Below are positions 1 to 11,449 of a stretch of 39,757 nucleotides of DNA, piece after piece (the first letter of the stretch is position 1; each line of letters starts with the position of its first letter). Source of the DNA: Nemertoderma westbladi (lineage: Eukaryota; Animalia; Xenacoelomorpha); assembly GCA_032718475.1 (NCBI GenBank), contig JAUCBJ010006361.1:1-39757 (forward strand). Direction: 5' to 3'. Position numbers and translations under genes: made by a program. Under the pieces are notes generated by a model that had not been told where the DNA came from, did not search any database, and saw only the letters and a list, made by a program, of their open reading frames with translations.

Positions 1-1055
1 TGTTCTGAAAAATGATTCCAACACCGTGTTAATAAACTTGTATGCTTCTCCATGGCTACAGCAAGCTTATGGTTCTCATGCCAGAGATGCCTATAAACTT
101 CACGTACCGCTTTGAAGACAGGTGATTCACCTGGTGTATATGCATTGTTACATGTTACTATAAAGAAATAATTCCAATAACCATATCTTAACAATGCACC
201 AAGCTCCCTTATACGACGACGTGACTCCATCTGATCAAAATGTAAAACATTATCTGAAGCACTAGCTTGAACACGTTCTTCTCCCTCACAAACTTATTCA
301 AATCCCTTGTGAAGTACAACCTGTGATGAAGTATAGTTCAATACTGAATTCATATAAACATCAAACCGCTCATGGAGATAGGCAGGATCTTTTGATGAAA
401 ACAGCCGCTCATCATATGTTCTGATATGCATAAGCTCTTTCAGAGAAGCAATTCCTCAGTTGGGTGAATTAAAAGGAAGACCATACAAAATGAAGGAATT
501 GCTCCAACAACACTGACATTTGGCTTCATGTACCAAAAATGCATAGGAAACATCAGTCCATATATGTAATAGGCAGACTGTTACCTGGTGCACGGGAAGC
601 AATATGATACAGTACCTTGTTCACATATGATGAAGCTTTACCTCCATGGCCGTATTTGCGCTGTCGTATTTTAAGCTCATGACCAAGCAGATAATGTGAA
701 GCCATCCTCCCAGTATCACATATAGGACCAGTCATTCCAGTAACTAAACCCACTTCAGGGGCATCCTCAAAATCACCATCATTAATGCCTACCATATAGT
801 CCTCAAATGGATTAGCAGGTTCTACTTGATTGGCATGGAAATCCCCTCCATAAATCCTTTCAGCCCTATCAATAGGATCTTCAACTTCTTCATCATTTGA
901 ACTGTCCCCATCACTATCTTCTTCATTGCAGGATCCAATATATACTACATCATCTGGTTTAATAATTTCTTTTTCCAGTGGGTGAGACACAATCCATTCA
1001 CACTTTCACATTAGGATCCCATTCACAATAGGAAACCGATAAGGACATTGACAGC
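1..1055 (-). mobile_element. Degenerate Helitron-like RepHel coding fragment (pre-Rep region plus Rep motif 1), running off the window start
   Basis: Manual minus-strand translation continues ORF 553..990 through frameshifts and stops: MFPMHFW..VVGAIPS, GIASLKELMHIR, DPAYLHERFDVYMN, IRELGALLRYGYWNYFFIVTCN..TPG, LLTRCW. FFIVTCN (~147-177) resembles Helitron Rep motif 1 (xFxTxTxN). The HUH and Tyr motifs would lie outside the window. Confidence 0.5.
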
Positions 1056-1824
1056 AGGTGAAATGTTGCCTCATTGCTAAAGTAAATGTGGGCTGGATCT
1101 TTATCTTCTAAATAAAGCAGAATAGCATCCGAAGCGCTCACTCTGCTGGAATAGTCGTTGGGTTTGAGCCCGTGCAACATCTGAATTTTATATGGTCGAA
1201 ATTTCAGGTTTTTGGCAATCCTTTGCGTGGAGCTTCTGCTTACCCCTACAGCTAAGGACACGCGGCGCAAAGAGGTTTCTGGATATGTTAGGAAGTGAGT
1301 TTTAATAGCAGAAACTTTCTCTTGGGTAATCGAAGGCCTTTGAGAGCCTGATTTGCGTAACAAAGTTTTTTCACTCTCAAATTTTCTTACAAGACGCGAT
1401 ATGTCTGATCTCGTAGGATGCCGAACACCTACAAACTGGTAAGAAAATTCTAACTGTTTAAGCTTGGAAGACTGCTTTCGGTAGTAGGTTTTAACAATGA
1501 AAACTTTTTGTTCGTCTGTAAACATTGCAGAAACATTGGCTACTCTAGTAACTACAGATGGCATTCTAGAATAGTTGTTTATTCACAGGGAAACAAGTTA
1601 TTGTTTATGGATTTCCCAAATAAATTTCACATCTTAACACTCAAGATACAGTTTGAATGTAAACTACTCTGATTATTTACCATAGCAACTACCACATCCA
1701 GAACAACTCCCAAAGTCTAAGTTCACATATTGGCTTTCATATGATATCAAGAAGTCTGCGATTGATGTTCATTGTGACGAGTTATTAAACTTTAAAACCG
1801 GATCAAATTTATTGGGACACCCTG
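1055..1824 (-). mobile_element. 3'-truncated Tc1/mariner-superfamily DNA transposon (DUF4817-type HTH transposase)
   Basis: ORF 998..1564 has MFTDEQKVFIVKTYY, PTRSDISRLVRKF, PETSLRRVS, FRPYKIQMLHGL and FSNEATFHL (first catalytic D mutated to N), then breaks off at ~1055. The terminus reads TA|CAGGGTGTCCCAATAAA on the minus strand at 1826-1808, a typical CAGGGTG TIR end with a TA target. Confidence 0.8.
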
Positions 1825-1987
1825 TATATATATAAAAATTTATAGACCCGGAGTTCCTTTAAATGAAATGACCAAGCACAAAATAATGAAATGACTAAAA
1901 CCTCTACAACTTAGTAAAACAACACATACTTCTCCAATTCAAAAACACCGAAAATTGATTTAAGTTTATAATAACAATATCAGACAG

Positions 1988-2047
1988 GTTTTTGAAAGTT
2001 TCTTTACTTTAGATATATTGATCGAAAGTAAAGAAACTTTCAAAAAC
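1988..2047. repeat. 60-nt hairpin with a perfect 23-bp stem
   Basis: GTTTTTGAAAGTTTCTTTACTTT (1988-2010) is the exact reverse complement of AAAGTAAAGAAACTTTCAAAAAC (2025-2047). Confidence 0.9.
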
Positions 2048-2275
2048 AGCAATAACAAGAGAACACACCAGATATAAGCCAACTCAAATTCAAGAATATA
2101 TTACTGTAATTGGTTTATACTGTACTTGGTTAATATTACTTTCCAAACTTTTGACGGACTGCATACGTAGAAAGTTCGGTTTAATTTCATGTCATAGGAC
2201 CACTCACCGAAAATCAAGCCTGGTCTAACCAAACAGAATTATGTCAACTAATTTAAAAAATTTAATGAGCTATTA

Positions 2276-3688
2276 GTGTACAAAGATGACGAACTCAACG
2301 AGGTGGTGGAGCAATACAACGCAAAGCTGAGAGATGAACATGCTGTGAGATTCTTCACAAAGGAAGCTATTGAACCTAACTCAGACGATAAAACTCTATC
2401 CGTAGAGGAAGAGAGAGCTAAATCAATTCAAGCTAATGACAACTCGCTATTTCAAAGAAGAGGGTCGTTACGAGGTTTACCCTTCAGGAAACGAGAACCC
2501 AGATTCATTAATAATCGACCATTGGCCATCAAAAGAATTGAACAACTACATTGATGCTTATCCGTGAATGATAAAGCTAAAGAGATGTATAAAACTCAAC
2601 TTAAAAAGTTCATCGATAAGGGATATGCGGAGCGAGTTCCTGTAGAAACACCAGTGGCTGAGAGAACGTATTATTTAACTCACCACTATGTTCCCCAACC
2701 CGGTAAACCCAACGAAGTCCTAGTAGTGTTTGATGGCTCTGCCTTATACAAAGGCCAGTCCCTGAACTCAGAATTATTGCCGGGACCCAACTTCCTACAA
2801 TCGCTGTTGGGAATCTTATTACGGCTCCATCAATACTCCATCGTATTTGCCTCAGACATCGAAGGCATGTTTCTTCAAGTTAAAGCGTTGCAACGGGACA
2901 GGGATAGCTTACGGTTCCTATGGTGGCCAGAAGGAGACTTTGATAAAGAAACGGTAGAGTACTGGATGACTATCCAGGCCTTTGGCATTATATCTAGTCC
3001 ATCTAACGCTTGCTCAGTGGTGCGTACCACTGCCAATGAAAATCGAGACACCTTCCCAAAAGCCATGATCGATAACATCTATATGGACGATAACCTCAAA
3101 TCCCTACCAACAGTGGAAGAAGCAATTGAGGTTGCCAAGGGAACGGTAGAGTGTCTCCAACGCGGTGGATTCCAATTAACCAAGTTCACCAGCAACTCCC
3201 GTGAGTTTCTGGAGGTGATCCCAGTAGAAGAGCGAGGTGCTAAAGATCTCGACCTCATTAAAGACGACCTCCCAGAAACAAAAACCCTCGGATTAAAGTG
3301 GGATACGGAGAGATATATTATATTCTTCTAATTAAAGAAATGCATCAATCCTATACGAACTAAGAGGATTTGCCTAAGTATTCTGAGCACTTATTTTGAT
3401 CCATTGGGATTTATTAGTCCTGTAATCCTAGTTGCTCGGAGTTTAGTTCAACAGATATGGCTCAAAAACCACTCCTGTGATGATCCACTGAAGGGAGAAC
3501 TGTTAAAGAAGTATATGAAGTGGGAAACTCTTTACCAGCTATTGAGAAATTTAAGATTTTCTGCTCTTATTTCGGTCATGTTCTCCCCACTGATTCTTAT
3601 CAACTCAATGTCTTTGGAGATGCCAGCGATATTGGAAAAGGTGTAGTAGCCTATTTGAGGGTCGAAACTCCTGAAGGAATTAAAGTTT
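2276..3688 (+). mobile_element. BEL/Pao LTR retrotransposon pol fragment (RT, peptidase A17-like region, start of RNase H), pseudogenised
   Basis: Motifs YYLTHHYV..GKPNEVLVVFDGS, SLNSELLPGP, DIEGMFLQV, RDSLRFLWW, IYMDD, KTLGLKW, FDPLGFISPV and QLNVFGDAS, with stops and frameshifts. Confidence 0.9.
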
Positions 3689-3689
3689 A

Positions 3690-4660
3690 AGAAAGCTTTT
3701 CGGGTTTATTTTCATCAGTCCCCTTATTCAAGATTCACTCATGAAGTTTATAGCAGTCATATATGTCGCCCCTTCCAGAGTATCCATAATCAAATATTGT
3801 GGTGGAACTTCATAATTCATCCTGATCCTCTCCATATATCCTGGTTCCAGATTTCAATTATGTGATACATCACCAACAAAGTCTCGAATGTCATCTCGAA
3901 ATTATAACACAAGAGACTGCGCATGGTATAGTCCAAAACATAGAAAAGTAAGTCTGTTAGAAATATATTTATAGACTGGATCAAGGTCTATATTGCACGA
4001 TGATAATCCATAATAATTCCCCTCAGTTTTGACTGTATGAAAACTATGGTTATATTTACCATACCTTGCACTACGAAGAACACATGGTGATACAGTTGCT
4101 ATTGAAAATAAATCTGGGTACACTATAAGATCATCTGGACTTGCTGGGTTATTTGGTAGATGGACGATATGCTTGTTGGTTGGTTGTCTTGTGCATCTTA
4201 CAAACCAAAACACATAATCTACCGGAATCATCAACAATCATACCATGGCTTCCCAGTCAAGTTATTTAAATATGTATGGCCAATCTTTCCTGAAAAACTT
4301 TACTTGATTAAGTTTGGTATGAAATATATTTCTAATATGGAATCGATCGGCCAGGAAATGATGGAAAGGTAGTGGTCTACACTTGTCAATGTATTGTATA
4401 TATCCCATCCCACCTACAACAGTTGGAAAACATTTATCATTCATCTTTGTAAACTTGGCTAGATCTAGTGCTTCCATTGTCTCATTGTATTCATTAAGTT
4501 CTTGTGTAAAGTCCCTCAGCTGTTTTAGTAAGGTGAAGACCAATCTCAACGATGACATCTCTCCAGCTGTTCCTGAACTCCTCTGCTATTATATTGAGAG
4601 CATCAAGAGCATCCCATCCTGTGACCACCCATTAGTCCGCTAAATATAAAGGAAGGTCAG
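3690..4660 (-). pseudogene. Degenerate coding region, probably the upstream part of the Helitron-like ORF seen at 1..1055
   Basis: Consecutive minus-strand ORFs 4262..4558 and 3902..4237 (HIVHLPNNP, YPDLFSIATVSPCVLRSARYGKYNHSFHTVKTEGNYYGLSSC) and then LEGATY. Same strand, composition and decay level as 1..1055. The link is inferred. Confidence 0.35.
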
Positions 4661-7365
4661 CCTGAAGACCATTTCACCTGAGTTCGACCACCTGCATCTG
4701 ATAAGTAAATAAAATACTCCTTACGGAGGACAAACTCCCCACTATGTTCACGAAGGAGAAAACCAAACTCACAACGAGTCTTCATTGACATCCTTAACTG
4801 TGATGGATGTGCTAGAGTTTTAATCCATCTGTAGTTCTTACAAATCACAGCATCTTCAAGAATTATCACCTCATCCACCTTAACTCCCATGTCTTCATCC
4901 TCACTATCATCAATAACACATTCAGCCATCAATAACAATGTATCGTCATCCGCATCATCCAACTCTGTGATAACAAGCTCTCGGATAGAGTCATGATGGA
5001 GCACACCTTCATCCTCATCAAATTCACACCAATCCATTGATTGCATCATTGCACTCATCTAAGAGAGGTGCAGATACTGAGGGTTGAGATTCTGCTGCTG
5101 GTTGTGGTGCTGGCTGAGGTGGATGTTATGGTTGAACTTGAGGTGGTACTTTAGAGGATGTTGATGTACTTCGAGGTGGTAATGGTATGGGGTTTATGTT
5201 TTAAGGTGGTGGCATATCAGCAGCTATAGTCCTTGGTATAAAAGCATAATAGTGCTGTTCTTCATTGCTATGACCAATCACCACCCTAGGTGTCCCGATA
5301 TACCAACTTCTGTAATAAAGTTTTCTTAGCACTAAGTGATGTATTGGGTGAAAGAGGTGCACCTTCTGAAGTGGAAACTTTTGAAACATAACTATTACCT
5401 AACCATGATCTTGTAACAATGTTAAGTCGACCTATACACTTTATACTGCAATATCTTTTCCTGTAATAAGGGATTGGCTTATTGCACTCTCCACAGGTTC
5501 TCACCGCCCAGAGACTCTCCAATAGCGGTGATGCTTGCATCTCAATATTTGAGTACATGTCGCTGACAGACTCCCAATCACTAATTCTAGTACCATCTTT
5601 CTGAACAGTCACATACTTTTCCTTACACAATCGTCCACAGTGTTTACCTCCAACACGAATTCATTTGGAGCACATCCTGCAGGATCCATCTTTCTATGGG
5701 TGTAAATTTGTCAAATAACAAACTCTCCAATAATCCTTTCCCCTTTCAGCATTGTAGACTTCGCAGTTCTTACATTTCGCATTATTATCTGACACTTTAT
5801 GCTGACTACTCTTAATTAACTCGCTAATTAATCATTCCAGGTTCTAGTAATCACCCTCTGATGAGTTTTCCTCTTCCTCTGAATCTCTTTGTCCCTTCTT
5901 ACTCTCATATATTTTCTTATTGTGCTTCTTTGCACATGGACTGCAGTACAAGTAATCACCTCCCTCAATATGTTTCCTGCATATTCTACAATAATTTCAT
6001 TTCTTACAACCTCCACTGGTACAACTAACTACTTGCAGATTGAAGTGATCCCATTCCTGAACTATCCATCGACCTTCCTTCTACCTGATCCAACTTCTCT
6101 GCATCTAAACTTTCCACTGGAGTTGATGAACATGACAGAATATGTGACTTCCTTTCTTTCCTTTGTCGCATTGATTTATACTTATACCCTTACGTTTTCC
6201 TTCACAATTCTTGCAATGCAAAAACTGCTTCCTAACAACACTATTACAGTCTTGGTGCTGATTAATTCTCTGCGATGTGTCTTCTGGCCTGGTGCTGTCT
6301 ACTGATTGTCCCTCTAAACACTCTGCAGAAGTTTGCAGGCATGGGGAAACTGGCGCAGCTATACTCTTCCTTCCACCCCCAACAGTTGTCCATCCATTCT
6401 TATCCACTAGAGATTAATGGACATTCATCACTCTCTTCATACTTAGTGGCCTATAAATAGAATCTTCAGAACTTGTATTTGAGAGAATGGTTAGAGGAAT
6501 CAACTTTCCTAAACTTTGGCTTTTGGTCATGTGCCTTACACAACATCCACAATATACACCAGCACCCATGAACCATTTCATACATTCCAGACATTTACCA
6601 CTACGTGTTCCACCTGACACAGCCTCTCATCCCATCTCCATCATACAAGTCCTACAGTACTCACAACTACCATGCATAACCACTGAACACCTACTGCATG
6701 TCAGTTTACAATTTCCACCAGACACACTTTCTCTTTGCATTTCTTAACTGCAACTCCCACAAAAATCTCCATCACCTTCCTTACTCCTTGCAAGCCTTCC
6801 ACATTTAGGCACTGTCACGTTAACACCCGCAGACTGACTCCCAACCATTGCACCAACCATTGGTCGAAACTTCTGCTTCCCTACTCGCACCCAACTCTCT
6901 CTTTCCTCTCGTACCTCTCAATTGCTGCCTCATATCCATACTTTCTACTGCAACAACAGGTTCAACCATACACTCATCCTCAATTTCAACATCACCCATT
7001 GCCAACACTCACACCAACATCACAAACATCCACAGTTCCAGCAATACTTGCAACATTCACACCTACTTTACAATCATCCATCACCCATCTACACTCTCAC
7101 CAACATCCATATCCACATCATCACCAACAACCTTGACATCAGTAGGAACATACGATTCATCCAGGCTAAACCTTAGATTAGAAATATAAGAAACATTAGT
7201 AGATGAATGGACAGTAACAGCAGTAGGAGAAACGGTAATCGGACACATAGACATAAAAGCTGTGACACATGCTGTGATAGGACAAGGACAATGAGGACAG
7301 TATGGCTTCTTCTTACTGTAAAACTTATTACATTTAGGACATTGAGGTGATTTCCTGGGAGCCAT
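4657..7365 (-). pseudogene. Decayed Cys-rich and acidic ORF(s) with many CxxC pairs, putative 5' part of the same element
   Basis: MAPRKSPQCPKCNKFYSKKKPYCPHCPC (7365), CLECMKWFMGAGVYCGCC, CGECNKPIPYYRKRYCSIKC, a Pro/Gln-rich linker near 5100-5220 and acidic ORF 4657..5058, all fragmented by stops. Confidence 0.35.
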
Positions 7366-7950
7366 TTTATTATCAAGCTAACTAGTAAGAGACAAAATGA
7401 GAAACAGTTTGGAAATTGAGAGAGATGATAGTCAGAAATGGTAAAATAGAAACAAGAAAAGACACATAACACAAAAAGATTAGTAACACAATATAACAAA
7501 TAATACTTATCCAGCAACACCACTGTTGTTCTTTACAATCCAGGTGCTTATATTTTGTTTAAATTACCACAGCCTTACTGAAGCTTCCAACAAATAGATG
7601 CATGATATATAAGTTTAGACAGAAGACAACCATACTACTACTACTAGGTCGACTGAACTCGGACAGTGAAAATGAGATCCTTCCAGGCTTCCCGATTCTC
7701 CATAGTTGTCGCAATTTCGTTTCTCCCAAGTTCAGTATCCCTTTCAAGTTGATCTATATATGTTATGGCCGGTCGTCCACAACTACGCTTTCCATGAGTT
7801 GGTTGCCAGAGAAGTAGATCTGGTATGACCCGTCTTTGCTTCGCAAGCAGTGCCCACTGAATCTTAATCTGCGTTCACGGAGGGTGGTTGATACAGGTGG
7901 TATTGTACCATAAAGCTCGGCGTTTGTCATATGTTGTCTCCAGCTGATGT

Positions 7951-9162
7951 TTATGCTGCCCGTAGAAGTCTTGTGTAGCAACCATCAATTCGTTGTTCAA
8001 GTGATTTAGCCAGTGTCCAGGTCTCACCCCCGTATAAAAATACACTTTCCACTGTGGCTCGAAATAACTTAGTCTTCAGGTGCCTGGAGAGATCTGATTT
8101 CCAGATGGTATCCATTTTTGATAGAGCTACCCAAGCCTTTGCTTTCCTAACTTCTATGTCCTTTTTGCTACTCTCTATCCATGATCCAAGGTACTGGAAG
8201 TCATCGACCTTCCTTAGTTGATTATTATCAATGGTTGTCAAGTTTCCATCAACATTAAAGGTCATGAATTCGGTCTTTGTAGCATTTATATGCAATCCAA
8301 CCTCCTTAGCAGCCCTCTCCACTTTATTTAGTAGAAGCTGTGCATCTGCTAGCGTATTAGAGAGCAGGGCGATGTCATCCGCAAAGTCGGTGTCTGTGAT
8401 GGTAGTTGCCGGATATCTACTACTTCTGCATTCTTGAAGTGTGAATCCCAGATCTTCACTCTTTGTGGCCGTCCTCATTGCGTAATCCAGCACAATTACA
8501 AATAGTAATGGTGCTAATGTGTCACCTTGCAGTACACCAGCCAGGATTGAGAAAAACTCAGTTTCACCATCTGGTGTGAGTACCTGCACTTCTGTGTCAC
8601 AATTTAACAATCCAATGCCAGCAACAATTACTTCTGGTATTCCATAATCTCTTAGGATTTCAAGCATTTTACCTCTATGGATGGTGTCGAATGCCTTCTT
8701 GAAGTCCACAAAAGTCATGACTGCGGGGAGATTCTTTGACTTAATTCCTTCAATCAGTCTCCGTAGTGCAAGTATCTGAGCTATTGTTGATCTACTTGGT
8801 TGAAATCCGTTTTGGCTCTTACGCAGTAGTTTCTCTATGTGAGGCCTAATCCTATATAGAATCATTTTATTGTATATTTTGGCAGCTACCACAAGCAGAC
8901 AGATCCCACGATAGTTTGTTGGTATGCCGAGGTCTCCTTTCTTGGGGAGAGGCTTTAATTGACCTTTAGTCCAAATTGGTGGTGGCTTTTCCCCTTTTAA
9001 CATCCGGTTGCAAACATTCAATAATGGTCTGTTTAGCACTCCGTTTTTCCATGCCTCTGCTGGGATTTCATCTAATCCACTCGCTTTATTATTGGACATG
9101 CTTTTAATGCTTCTTTGGAGTTCGGCAGGTGTGAAGTCCCCTGTTTCTATAGGTAGTTCCAC
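7951..9162 (-). pseudogene. RTE reverse transcriptase domain
   Basis: All RT blocks are present (QGD, FADD). Separated by frameshifts from the APE part near 9150 and from the C-terminus near 7960. Confidence 0.9.
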
Positions 9163-10508
9163 TTCTCAATATGTTCTTCAGCACTATCGGCTTTGAAGCG
9201 CCCCTTTGCACAACATTTCCGACCAGATACCTCATTTACAGTTTGCCAGGTAAGTCTTGATTGTTGCTGTATGTGAGCAGTTGTAATTGCTTCAGTTTTA
9301 TCCTGTATGTACTTTTCCTGGCTGATGTTGTAGGCCAATTTAAGATCGTCCTTAGCTTTCTCAACCTTGTTAATGTTTTCGGTTGTTGGTTGTTCGGTTT
9401 TAACTTTGTAGGCTATCTTAAGATCTTCTCTCTTACAAGTAACCTCAGAGTTTTGCCATGGCACATACTGTTTTCGTTTGGGTTTCTGGGGGATATGCCT
9501 CTTAGCTGATTCCTTGAGGGCTGTTATTATATTCTGGTATATTGAATTGGTTGATTTGTCTTCATCCATTGACTGAAGTGCTTCAAAGCGGTTTTGAACT
9601 TCTACTGTATAAGCATCCTTTACAGCATTGTCAGTTCTGAGTTTCTCCCAGTCATATTTGATTTGCTTGCTTGTCCTGGGTTTGCTGGCTCTCAAACTGA
9701 GTCTGATCTCTGCAGTCACAATTCTGTGGTCCGATCCAATTAGGTTGAACGACCTGTATGCCTCGCAGTTGATCATGCTGTTTCTCCACTTTTTGTTTAT
9801 AAGGATGTAATCCAGTTGTGCTTTGGTTCCATTAGGGTATTGAAAGGTCCATAGCTCCCCCTTACTCTTTTCGAATGTGTTGTTTGTTGGTATCAATTCA
9901 CAGTCTTCCATTAGGTCTAAAAGTAAGTACCCATTTCTGTTAGAACTGGTGTTATAGGTGTAACCCTTGATGTCTTCTGGGCCAATTTGGGCATTCAGGT
10001 CACCAGCAATGACTTTAACATTGTGTTTCGGAATGTCCTTTATAAGTCCAGTCAGTTCTTCATAAAACTTGACTGCTTGTTCTTGCTCTGAGGCATTGGT
10101 TGGACTGTAGCAACATATAACTGTTGCCTTGGGATTCCCATCAAATGTTGCGATCATAACCCTGGAATTTATAGATTCGATGTTGTTTAGGGTCTTAAGT
10201 GCAAATGGGCTTAGCAGAATTCTTACTCCACCAATTGATGCATTGGCTGAGTTTCTTACTGCTGAGCTTGTTACTAACGTCCATCCATTTCCAATGTCAT
10301 TGTACTTCATGGCAGTGTCTTCATGACAAATCCGATGTCCTTGGATGCAGATGATGTCGATGTTATATTCCATTGCCAGAGCGACCATGTCATCCTGTTT
10401 GGTATGTGCTTTCAGCGTGCATGCGTTCATTGTAGCAATCTTTAGTGTCTTTTTACATTTCAACAGGTTGGTTCTTCTTTCTTCTCTGTCTTCTGTTCCA
10501 GTAGCCAA
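9147..10508 (-). pseudogene. RTE apurinic-like endonuclease (APE) domain and linker
   Basis: GD(L)NA, DY and SDH motifs; the catalytic QE appears as QG. Confidence 0.85.
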
Positions 10509-10672
10509 TTTATCGACCCCAGACTAGCGTACCACTGAGGGAAGCGGTCCTTGTTGACCCGGGCGATGACCGAGCCGGTATTTCTCCTGGAGGGTTCTCA
10601 TACTCATATCTTTCAGTTGCGGGAGTAAACCGCTTGTGGTCGCAACTCCTACAAGCGTCTTCGCAGTAGGTC

Positions 10673-10739
10673 GCCATTGGTTGATTACCTTCCGCCGACC
10701 TTGTCAGCATGTCTAGCCATTGGTTGATTACCTTCCGCC
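10673..10739. repeat. 24-bp direct repeat in the RTE 5' UTR
   Basis: GCCATTGGTTGATTACCTTCCGCC at 10673-10696 and 10716-10739. Confidence 0.9.
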
Positions 10740-11449
10740 TATCCATGGCCTACAGCCCTGCTGCCAACTGTAGGGGTCCCTTTGTTACACCCTGAACCAA
10801 GTCTGCCTCCTGGGTTAGGTTACCTAACACTGGTAGAGGAGCATCCTGTATAGACAGGGTGGGGCATGTATCATCTCTAATGCGGATGCTTATCAAGCCT
10901 TTGATTTCAATGGTGCCCTAGGCGCTATAGCCCTCAATGACTTATTCAGTTGACGGGGCTAAACCAACCCACTCTTGATCAACTAAATAATGAATAGGCT
11001 ATGCTTATTGGGCCTGCCCTACTGGGCTGACAGCTACAGGTAGTACCATATTACTGCCATAGTGGTAGCAGGATCTGGGGACCTGACCTGACCTTCTATC
11101 ATATATCGAGGGTTAAGAAGCAAAATAACCTAACCAAAATTAACAAATGTGAGAAATTTAGAAAAAAAAATTTTTCCATATGTTTAATTGCTTGTAGTAA
11201 ACTTGAACTTGAACACAAGATGTATTATAATAAGGAAATGTTTTTAGAGAGAGATTTCAAATGGGTGTAATTTTCATATTATGCTAAAAAATTCATGTGT
11301 TTAGTGGATAGTACAATTTTATAGAGATTTTTCTGGGTTAAGCCTTTTTGCATCTCAGCAAAATTAAGCATTCTACCCTCAATTAGAAATAACTACTAAA
11401 ACCCAGACGAATAAATCTATACTGTTCAAACTAGCGATAGATCTGTCAG

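Larger units (their letters stand above)
7633..11100 (-). mobile_element. Near-full-length RTE-clade non-LTR retrotransposon (APE + RT, frameshifted)
   Basis: APE ORF 9147..10508 (KIATMNA, GDLNAQIG, QLDYILI, SDHRIV), RT ORF 7951..9162 (NYRGI, FVDFKKAFD, GVLQGDTLAP, DFADD, YLGS) and C-terminus RLRFSGHC. The 3' (TAG)n tail lies at 7633-7647. The 5' end is approximate and no TSD was found. Confidence 0.9.

Noticed and set aside
1-990. Endogenous viral polymerase fragment
   Set aside because: No RdRp or DNA polymerase motifs are visible; the Rep-motif-1-like FFIVTCN fits a Helitron-like origin better.
5889-7523. Hydrophobic or His/Thr-rich ORFs (5889..6305, 6735..7136, 6848..7189, 7173..7523) as membrane or secreted proteins
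   Set aside because: Mostly non-ATG starts. They are antisense shadows of purine-rich minus-strand coding sequence or T-rich leader sequence.
3687-11367. TTAA target-site duplication bounding the insert in the BEL element
   Set aside because: TTAA is common here, and BEL sequence is missing across the junction, so this is not a clean insertion.
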